A stretch of DNA of 64,000 nucleotides from Dipteris shenzhenensis (lineage: Eukaryota): the NCBI GenBank assembly GCA_047967505.1, contig CM106538.1. The stretch is one strand, 5' to 3'. Positions 12,770 to 24,100 of the stretch are shown here, piece by piece. A program made the position numbers and the translations under genes. A model generated the notes under the pieces. The model did no database searches. It had not been told where the DNA came from and worked only from the letters and a program-made list of their open reading frames with translations. Position 1 is the stretch's first letter. The number at the start of each line of letters is the position of its first letter.

Positions 12770-15700
12770 GTAATCTGCGCTGATCGTCGCAGCGCAGGTG
12801 TTATGCACATAGCCTCCACAAACCCACCCCTCTAGGGCTTTGTCGTGCTGCGTTGAGTGCCTGCGGCCCGCTTCCTCTGAGACGTATCTCTTTAAAGAAT
12901 TCCTCCCTCAAGAACTGCGAGCACATGAGAACTTTAAGGAACGGGGAAGAGAAGAACAGACTCTGAACCTCTTTCAAGCCTCGCAAGAATGCACAGACAG
13001 GCAACCCATGGCAACGAGATTGACAAGAGCTTGAGAGGGCGATGGGTCCTCCTCTGGCAAACCGAATCGCACCTCGAACAAATCAGCCGGCTGGAAAGAG
13101 AATCGGCGCAGCTTGAATAGTTCAGAGGGCTCTCAGAGTTGATACATACGAGGTGGGAGGCCTGCAAAGCCGAGGGGAAGGAGATTGATGGAGGGGAGAG
13201 AAAAAAAGTCTACCTTCGAGCATGGGAGCTCGAGGGCTTATTCAAGCAGGCAGAAAAGGGAGGGGAGAGGAAGATGGGAGCTATGGGGGGGCAAAGCTTA
13301 GTTCTTCGAGGGGGATGGGAAGGGGGAAGAGGTGCAGACTGATCATGATTATGAGCAATGTGGACGATTCAGAGAAGCAAATGTTAAGTAGGGACGGGGG
13401 CTTTACAAAGAATGCAACCACCCCTTATGGGTTGTTGACTGACAGCAAAAAACGCTTGTGGCGTGCAACCAAAACACAGCTTGTGTGGTGAGGAGCATGC
13501 CTTTGAAAGTAAAAAGAAATCAGCCACAAAACTCGTAGATGCCAGCCAGCCTCAGATTATTATTATTGGTCCCCGAGCACCCATCATGCAGACCAATTCA
13601 ATCGCAGAGTAGAATCTGTTTAAACCCCCAATCATATTCTGTAAAACAGCAGATGAACCTTTCGGAATCGATCAAACTGGATGATCTCTACACACCCATA
13701 CGTACTCCAATCAATCAATGCACATAAGATGACAAGAGCAGCATTATCCGCCCCCGAGAAATAGAGGCTCCAAATAAGGGTGGAGGGCTTGAATTCTCAG
13801 ACACAGAATTCTCAACACATCAGACAAGTTTTTCACAAAAGAAGAAGATGTAACCTGTGGCCCGTCGGGCAGCTGCAGCAAAACCACAACCGTTATCTTA
13901 AAACACAGAAACAAGATGATGTGAGCTGCCTTGAGTCAGCTACGGTATGTTTATGCCTTAAATTGCAAGTTCACCCGATTTGCAAGCATCTGGATTTTGC
14001 ATTTACGCTCGCCCACAATCAGAGGCACAATCAGGGAGACAAGAGCGTGCAGCCTTTAAATAAAACCGCCTCAAGCAGATTCATGCACGCGTTGTGTGCA
14101 GGAATCTGGTTTCTCCTCCAAAGAATGACAACAAAGGGGAAGTAAATGCAAGAATCTAAAAGGGGAAGGGGGAAGTTGAATTTCAGGATATCAAGTTACC
14201 AACCTACTACAGCTGGTTCAGATCAAGAAAGAATCACCTGGTGAATTTTTTTTTGTGCTCGTTCAGATCAAGAGGTTGAGCTTTTTGGGCAGCCAAGTAC
14301 TTGTAAAACAGCTGCTAACCTCAAAAGGAACGTGCAGCAGGAAGAAGAAGAAGGTGAAAGACCTCAACAGAGAATTAACAGAAAGTTTAATTGGGAGAGA
14401 GGAGAGCTGCAGAATGACCCAAAGAAGATGAGCTTGAGAAGGTACTTAAAATCTTGAAAGAAAACATGCATATGATGTGCAGAAGAGAGCAAAAGATGCA
14501 CTAGGATAAAGAAAAACTGCAAGAATATACCTAAAGATAAAAACAGGGCCTCCTGTCCTTGGAGCTTGAGCTTCTGCAGTGGACTTTCAAAACCTAGGAC
14601 GACTGCCTGAATTTATCGAAAATTTCAAACCGAGACTATTGACCGCCCCCAGTTTTTGAGTACTGGCCTTGCCTTGTTTAGCCGCTTATTAATGTGGCAT
14701 TATGTCCATTACCTCCCATTTCTTTTTTCTATTTTTTTTCCCGAGAAAAGGGAATTCCAAATTATGATTTTTTCAGCAACTATGAACAATGAAACTCCAA
14801 ATTTCCAAGCCTATCCGATTTATTTATTTTTCCCCGATTTCAAAAATCCGTAAAACTTTTCATGCTTTAGTCGTATTTTTGCCTCAAAACTTGAAAAGTT
14901 GAAGGAAAAACCTGAGAGCTGTAAAACTTCTCTGGGAATAGTAGGTTACACTCTCTCTTTCTTGAGTGGGAGCAAAAATATTCATGCCTCAAACTTACAC
15001 ATCATCTTCTAAAAATTGACAAAATATATATTCGTGGTTTAAGTGCACAACCTTTTCTTGCTTTTGCACTTTCCTCAAACTCCAAACACAAGGTGGCCTA
15101 CATTTTAGACTTCCATTCAGTTTGCTTTCGCAAGCTATCATTTGTAGTTGACTTAGTGCACCTCATGAAGCAACAAGGTACCTAAGTCGCTATGCTTGCT
15201 CATAAGACGCAAAACGTGTGAGTGGGAAAGCAACCATACAAACGTGAAAGTTAAGAGAACATCGTTTTGAATCATAAGAGCACCAAAGAATGTGCTTATC
15301 AATCACTCGCAAAGTATGTCTCTTGATAAAACATGGGAATTATTTATTGTATGCCGTAAGAAGATTTCTTGTGATTTTTCAGTCTTTCCATCTTTGTCAC
15401 TCATCTCTTTGTGTAACCACTCTAAGGGTATGTACAAATAGATTGCAATTGAGCATAACAAGCACATCATAACTATCGATAATGCTTAAATGGGTCTTCA
15501 AGGACCTCGGGTTTAAGTGCAACCCATTGAGTAAACATGTATTCATAGTGGTATCGGCACAATGAGAGTGAGGGCCTTCCTTATTGACTTTGAGCATGTG
15601 TGCTCAGTCATCAATTCTCGACCTCTAGGAAAATAGCAATCCCCATGGCTTTTCCAATTGTCGACGGTGAAACACATATGGGAGATGTGTAATTCTCGAC

Positions 15701-16017
15701 CTCTAGGAAAATAGCAATCCCCCAAGATGATAAGATTGTCAGTGCTCTGTAGTATTTTGGTCAAAGGGATTCCAAATTAGACAGGCTTCGAGTGCTCTGG
15801 AAGATGCAATTGTGTCACCGATCTTTGGGGATTAAGCCACACGGACATGTGTGGCCCCCTTCCAACACCCTTTATTGGAGCTGTGGAAAGAGTTGTAAGT
15901 AATGCTGTACTTTTTCGTTCTTTCTTAATCTAAAATCCTTTTTTCAGGGTGGAAAAAAATACACATTCTAAGGAAGACTCCGAAGTGGTAAAGTGACAAA
16001 AACCAAGGAATGCGAAG

Positions 16018-16318
16018 GGGTCCACGTGGTGGGGCCAAAAATAGGTGGAGGTTAAACTTAAATGCCACGCAAGTGACACTACGCCGAAAAGTCTATTTAT
16101 TAAACCGAGTGAAAAACACGAGCTCTCAAATTCGTACAACGTGGACCCACCAGAGGATCTGAACAGACCGCCTTTTGCTCCTGTGCGCTTTCCACGTGGA
16201 TCACACTTACACGGTACCCCAAAAGCTTGGCCCAAAATTGCCCGCCAATCCGCTGCCTCTCGCCACGTCGGATCCCAATCCGGTTCATTTGTCCCCCCGC
16301 CACGTCGGATCCCAACCC
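16018..16318. promoter_or_regulatory. Cluster of G-box/ACGT and TCP-like motifs upstream of CHUP1
   Basis: CCACGTGG at 16022 and 16192, AACGTGG at 16138, GCCACGTC at 16262 and 16299, GTGGACCC at 16141 and on the reverse strand at 16018; CpG-rich relative to the flanks. Confidence 0.5.
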
Positions 16319-19300
16319 ATCCTTCTCTTTGGTTTTTTATACTTTTTCATCGCCACTCGTGACTCGTGACTCTCCTTTGTCCCCTCGCCCTTTTTGTCGC
16401 ACACCCTCACAAAAAACAGCCTTTGGGAACTTTTCCAAGGTGTAGAGCAATCGTGCCGTCTTGATACAACTTGAACGTCAATGCCAGCCTCTCACCCACA
16501 ACTTTTCAACTTGATCTTCGGCGAGCATGTGTGTAACAATTCCACCCTCCCACCTATCGCTCACACAAAACTCCGTGGGCAATCACCACACCTCTACCAC
16601 TATAATGTCCACAAGTGTGAGCTTCGATTACTCTTTGTAGCATGATATTTGTGAATCTATGGCACAAAAGGCATGGGAAGACAAGTCACTCGTTTAGTTT
16701 GTACCCTCTTGTATAAGTTCGATGGGGCTTTCAATGTTATTCTAGAGTCACACTCGACAACTAAACTAGATCTTTTGAGATGATACAAGGTCCATGAGAT
16801 TTACATCTTCCACATAAAAGCAATTCTATGTATTATTCCACCTACCATGATTGAAAATGTGGAAGATCTAGAATAGCATCATAAATTTCAATTATAATCT
16901 ATCTCTTATAGGTGGTTAGCTCAATCAATAGACAAACTACCACGTCCATGTCCCAAAGAGCAATAAAGTCTAGCGAAAATTTTGGCTAGTGCCAATAGAA
17001 GTTTGTTTTCCTTTGTATTTGGTCAAGCTGACCGTGTTGTTAGCAAATGTAACTAGTGCTAATTAAGTTTTAATTGAGAGTGCTAATGAAGTTCTTAATC
17101 GCCATTAACTACCTCAACTACTCTTCATTTCATTAAAGTACGACCATTGGCCATCTCAAAAGTAGTTGTTATTCGGCACGAAGGTTGCCTTTCTTTAGTA
17201 CTACCTTAACTTTTATTAAAGGAATACCATGCCATATTGGTTTCCCACCTTGTTGTGATAATAAAATTTCTCTCTCTCTCTCTCAATAATGTCAATTTAG
17301 CCTCTTAATCCCTTATATCCACCATATTTTGTGTAGGTATATACTTCAATTCCAACTCAATCTCTGTGTCTTAGACCCGCTATACAACTTATGTATCCCA
17401 TTATTCATCCTGCCTAGCCTCATATTATGGCATGTATACTCCAAGGATTCTCTTGTGTAATAAAGTTCCAACGTTTTTCATACACTTTTGGGCACAACCA
17501 TAGCTAAGGGCTTCCTAAGCCCTAATTCAATCATCTAGGCAGCTAGCAAGCCCATTACTAGTGTTGATTGATTTTCAAAGAGGAAATTAAGGCAAGTAGG
17601 AGAAGCAAATAAGAATATAAGTGTCAAATATAGAGTGTGGGTCTATGGCTCCCATTGCCATTTGTCCTGACTTGTCACATGCCCATTTAGTGGCTATTAG
17701 AACCCTACAAGTTGATGCTTCCACAATGGACCAAGGGGCTTATTTGTAGGCATAGATGCGGGCCAATCTCCCCCCCTTTCCCTTAGTCACCAACCCAACA
17801 TATTAGCTGGCTGACTTGCCAGCTCATTGACCCTTGTAGGTGTCACCTAACCCAATACTAGTTGGGAGCACTAGAACTACCATGAAAAGTGGATCACCAA
17901 CAAAGTTTACATCAATTGGATCAAATCTAGACCCAAGTAGGGCCCTTGAATGAGCCTACATAAGCCTACACAGCCATTCAATCTATCATCCAATCGGCTT
18001 GTTCTAGACCACCCTTGTTTGCACTTTCATGCTCTAAGTTTGGGCATCCAAACAACCCAAACAAGGATGATCTCTTTGCTACCCATGTGGCAATAAACTG
18101 TGCTACCCACATGGCAAACAATCGTGTTGCACTGTGGCAAATTGATGCCCATGCTGCAATCGAGGTGGTAGGCCACATAACCCGTAGATTTACCCACATG
18201 GCACAATGACCTTTAGGAATTGTGTTACGATTAGGGGGAACTCTTGTCCCAATAGAAATTTTGATGAGGAAATATATGAAAGGTATTCTTTTCCAACAAA
18301 GTTTGGATGATGGAATTCAAGAATTTGAAGCTCAAAAAGGATTGGTATAAAGAAAGAAAGGCCACTTCTTACCATCGGTCATATTGCTATCCCTAAATCA
18401 AATCATGCCTAGCATTAAAGATCTCTTGAAGGCTCTCTCACAGCTCAAAAATAGTTTGCTTTTGCTGACCACGTAGCTTTTTTCAAAAAAGGTATTTATT
18501 TCTTTACAACAAAATCAAGAGGAAAATATGCATCATGACCTCAATGCCTCCTTCACTAAACTACACTTAATTAAGTAATATGTTCATTCTCAACATTTTT
18601 GGGCCATGTATTCTACCCCTAAATAGAGTGGACTAGAACACATTTGTCATATAGATTCATTTGATACCATCTTTGTATATGGTAGTTGAATTTCCTTGGT
18701 AGCTTCATCTCAGTTAGCCATTCTATTTACCTACCTCACTAGTCGATGTAATAATAAATTTCATTGGTCCCTCAATATTATCTTGGGAGACTTTTTCATC
18801 ATGTCTTATTTTCCTTGATATCAAGGGACCGTAGTAGCCAAGGGTTCAAATCTTATCCCTCAAATCAAAGGAGGACTTCATTTCAAATCAAAGTTAGACA
18901 AAGAAAATCATGAAGAAAACATGAGTAGGGTCATTCTTGAAATGCATTACAAGACACAAGCTATAATAGGGTAAAAGCTCAACAAACCAAGACTTGGAGG
19001 AAGACCATCACATGCAGTACAATCATATCATGCAAAAATTTGTGCAGTTATTTTTAAAATGCAACAACAAACCATTAGGAGTATAAGCTACCATCATCAA
19101 ATTTTCTTTTAATGCATCCACACATATCCAAATGATTATTCTTCTATCAAGTTGAGATTTCAATGCATAGGGGAATGCACATAGATCACTAATTGCCAAT
19201 AGGGTAACCTTGGTTATGGTATTCTAGTTCAATGCATGAGAAACCATGAAACGAGGGAGAGATGGCACTTACATGCAAGTAACCTACAAATAAACATCTA

Positions 19301-19479
19301 GAGTTATCACGAAAGCATTACATACAAATCTTGAGTGGATGGTTTGACCCCCTTATCCAACTCTATCCTGACACCCGAACCTAGGCAATCTAATTACATT
19401 TCACGAAACCTTATAAAGTGACTATTCTAATGCTTCCCCTTCAATTTAGTTTCCATATTTATACTATGTACAGTTCTCT

Positions 19480-21050
19480 TTACATTTTGACTTTCACTAT
19501 TGGCAATGCCTTTTGGTGAATAGTCTACCAATTAATCATAAGAGAACCGCTAGATAGGTCGAGTTTCTCCTTCTCTTTCTTGATGACGAATGAATCGATA
19601 GGAAATATCAATGACCTTCATGTGATTTTTTGGATTCTTTGCTAAAGCCATTGTGCTCATGTTATCACAAAGATCATAGTGGCTTCTACTTGGACGACAC
19701 CAAATTCATCTAAAAGCCTTGTAGAAATATTGCTTCACAAGCACCTTTTGATAAACCAATACTCTCTAGCTTTGTTGTAGACAAAGCCACTATGTCATGC
19801 TTCTTGCTTACCCCATATTGTGCAATGTTGATTAAGAAAGAATGTAAAACTAGTTTTGAATCTTTCCTTTGTACCTCCACAACAATTCGTATCATAGAAT
19901 CCCAAGAGGTGTGGTCTCTAGTGTGCATCTTTTAGATATGGAAACTCATGGTTTGTTGTACCTTTGAGGTACTTTAAGATCCTCATCATCATTTTCCAAT
20001 GATGCTCACATGGGTTTGACTAATCAAGCTTGCTATATAACATATGATCATTCAAACTATATTCCTTGTTGCTGAGAGTAACCTTTTGCAACAAATCTTA
20101 CTTGAAACTATTCCTCAAAATATATTCATTCTTGTTGAGAGTAACCTTTTGCAATAAATCTTACTTTGCATTTTTCAATTGCTCCATCTGCGTTAAGTTT
20201 GACTTTACAACCAACAATACTTTACTTGGAGGTGGATCCACATATTCTCATGACTTTTTCTTCATGATTCCTTCATATTCTTCCTCCTTTGCTTTAACAC
20301 AATGTTTTATCTGGCCGATTCTTTAAACAGCTTCTTGAAGGATGTCGATCCTTTTACACTTGAGACGAGACACCAAAGACCTTCATGCCTTAGTTTCTTG
20401 TATATAATAATATATTTTGCCTCTTCCACCAATGTTCTAACCCATCTGGGTTGAGTTTTTGACTAGGTGGATAAACTTGGGAGGAGAAATTGAAGCTCAC
20501 TCACTTAAATTTGATGTTTTAGGGTGATGTTCATCTAGAGATACAACCAAAGTTGCATGTTCTTTATACATGTCCTTCATTGCCTCTCTTATCACATCAA
20601 GAAAAAGGATTAAGGGAATACCATGTTGAGGACACATTGTTGACAAAGATGCATTGTAAATAATTCAAAGGCAAGAAGCCTCTAAATAATGCACAACAAG
20701 GTGGAAGTTCTCTTGTCCCAAGTCTGGATACCCTTGATTCACTTCTTTTATTGTACAGACTATTGCCAATGTAGCTATATCCCTTATTTCTTGCTTCACA
20801 CATGTGGCTCTCAAGTCGAGTTTGTCATCACCCTTCTTCCTTGGAAGGATCTTTGTTGGATTTTGTGGCTTAGTCAGTTGCACTAGTATATCCTTGATCA
20901 CTACTTGAAATGCATCCCTCTAATGTTATATGCCTTCAAATATCTATAAACCTTCATTTATAAAATTTGTGAGAATGTACCTAGTTTAATGTTGGCTTCA
21001 CTTGATCCTCTAAGAATTCTATTCTTGCATTTAGCTCTATTTTTTTTTCT
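19480..21050 (-). mobile_element. Degenerate copia relic (integrase to RNase H remnants)
   Basis: SKKHDIVALSTT (RNase H) near 19800 and a SHMCEARN/CIFVNN integrase-like remnant near 20640-20810; many stops. Confidence 0.5.
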
Positions 21051-21101
21051 TGCTTCATCTAACCTTCCCATTTTTTCCTTTGCTCAGTGCTTTCTCCTTG
21101 A

Positions 21102-24100
21102 CTGTTTGGGATTTACTGATTGGGATTTATTGAAACAAGCGCAGTGGTTATTTGGGATTTACTAAAGGATTCCAGTGCGGTGGTTGCGGATATGGACCTT
21201 GAGGGGTCCCCTTTAGAGATTGACAAGCCATGGTGGTCTTCATGCCAACATGGTGGTCTCTCCATGCCAACATCATTGCTTGAACCAACACAGTGGTTAG
21301 CAAACATGGCAAGGCATAGGCTGTGTGATGTAGTCAGGCAAGAGGCACAGCAACAATCTCTGTGCTCATGAGTAAATGCACATAGTGCCATGTGTCGAGC
21401 TCTGCGCTATTCACCATTTGAGATTCACATGCCACGGTGGTCTTCATGCGAAACAAGGAAAATAGTGTTATTTTGGAGATATTTTAGTCGTATTACTCCA
21501 TCTGCAACAATTTCTCAACCATCGCACATGTTCTTGGAGCTATTTTAGTTCCAAGCTAAGGAAAATGTAGACATTTGCAATTTAGTATAGTTTCCTCGCA
21601 ACCACCACGCTGGTTATTAGAGTTATTATAGTTCTAAACCACCACGCTGGTTATTGGAACCATTTTCACTACAATAACAATAGTTTTTTCAATAAATTCT
21701 TGTGCAACGAGCCCCATAGTTACAGTAAAATGTAAACGAGGGCGAAAATCTGTCATTTGTTTTTCTTTAGAGCCACTTTCATTACCAAAGTAACAGCGAC
21801 AATAGTTTTGGCGATAACAGTACTACATTGAAATTGAAACAAAAGAAATTGCATCCGATAGTTTTTGCGATAATCGTATAACATTGAAATTGAAATAAAT
21901 TAAATTACATCCGAAGCAAACATTTAACAAAATAGATTACATACAAAGATGCTAGAACTTTGTCTTTGTGACACTTCTTTACACAATTTTAGCACTTGTC
22001 AACACCACCACTCTGGCAGGACTGGGTGTCACTTTTTGCCCTTTTTAGCACTTTCTTACACTTTGGACCTGGTGCCTTGTATGCAGGGGACAATGCAAGC
22101 ACCTTGTAGAGCTATTGTTAGGTTGGACTTTCTTTCAATTTTGATCCGACACTCCTCATATGCAGAGGACAATACAAGCACCTCGTAATTGAAATAACCT
22201 TTTTCATAGCAACTTCTTGAGGGAACTCATCTTGGAGGTGAGCTCAATTGAGCACAACATTCAATAGCGGACACGGAACTAAATATGGTAGTGAGCTCCA
22301 GCACACTGACGCATGCTCTCAGTGTGTTAGAACTGATCACCAAGTTGAGTTCCTTCCCCACTGCCAAAGGTGTCCGCAATTATGAGAGGCTCATCTCCAA
22401 GTTGAGTTCTCTCCCAGTGCTTGACGGAACAATGATGGCCCATTTCCCTTGGCTCACCATCCTGCAACATGGTTGGGCATGAGGTTTTTCTTTCGAGTCT
22501 TTCAAGGAATTGCTTTCTTCGTTGCAACTTTTTCAAGGCACTAGAAGAGGGAACTCAACTTGGCGGTGAGCTCAATCGAGCACAACATTCGACTGTGGAT
22601 AGGGAACTCAATCTGGTGGTGAGCTCCAGCACACTGACGCCTACTCTCACTGTGTTACAAATTATCACCAAGTTGAGTTCTCCTTCCCTAGTGTCAAAGG
22701 TTGTGCTCGATTATGAGACTCTCATCATGCTCCCCATCCTGCAACTCCCTTGGTCATGGCTATGGCTGGTGGAGTGTTGCAGGATGGAGAGCCAAGGCAA
22801 ACAATGGATCCCATGACTTAGGCAACATTATGAAGGGGCATCGAGGTTGCAGCAAAGATTCATCAGAGGGGTAGAAGGGGGCTTGGAGAGAGCATCGAAG
22901 AGGGTACAAGAGAAATTTTTCATGGGTGCAGTGAATTGTTTCTCTACCCTTAAGGCCTTTATATAGCTAGACTTGCCATCCTCCCACTCTTTTCCCCTTT
23001 GTTTCTTATGTCAGTTGTGCGACTTTGGGTGGCTATCGCTACTAAGAGCACACAATCCACACAATGGATTTTTCTTAGCCCCGCCTAGCATAGGTAGTTA
23101 TCTACATCATCGTCTAGCCATGACATGCGATTAGATGGTTGCCATGCTAAAATTTCTTGGTCATCGAAGCTAAGATCATGATAATTCAATAGGATGAGGG
23201 GGAGGAGCGGTGGCACATGCACCCAGCTTGCTGGTAGCCTAGGCGATCATTTACATCATCGCCTAGCCATGACGAGCAATTAGATGGTTGCTATGGGAGA
23301 TTTTCTCGATCATCGAAGCCAAGATCATAATAATTCAATGGGATGAGGGGGGAGGAGCGATGGCACATACACCCAGCTTTGCTAGTAGCCCAGCCTAGTG
23401 TAGGCTATCATATACATCATCGTCTAGCCACCATGACATGCGATTAGATGGTTGCTCATGACGTGCGATTAGATGGTTTCTCGATCATCGAAAAATTCTA
23501 ATAGTCTAATATGTTCTTACAGTCTATCTCCAGCTTAATGCTAATCTGGGCGTGCGAATTAGATGGTCCCTCACGAAAAGTCATTGTTAATTTAGTCTGA
23601 CTCGACTTAATGTTAATCCGGGCCTATGAACTAGATGGCCCCTCATGCAAAGTCATTGTTATTATAGTCAACTGAAGAAAGGCAAGATCAAAGCAGGACA
23701 TCAGATTAGCATTGAGTCAGTTCATCAGGCTGTAATAACAATAGTTCCCATGCTAAACTATTGCTATTATAGCATGATAAACCAATTGAATGCTAATCTA
23801 AGCTTGTAAACTAGATGCAAAGTCATCCTTATTACAGTCTGATTCTAGCTCAATGCTCATCTAAGCCTATGAATTAGATGGTCCCTCACGCACAATCATT
23901 GTTATTACAGTCTGATTCTGACTGAATGCTAATCTAAACCTATGAATTAGATGGTCCCTCATACAGAGTCATTGTCACTAAAACAAGCTGGTTGTTTGGG
24001 ATTAGTACATTGTTTGGGATTTACATTTTCCCTTGTTTGGGATTTATTGATTGGGATTTATTGAAACAAGCGCAGTGGTTATTTGGGATTTACTAAAGGA

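Noticed and set aside
16450-19400. Possible decayed retroelement or gene between the G-box island and the copia relic
   Set aside because: No motif could be read with confidence in any frame.
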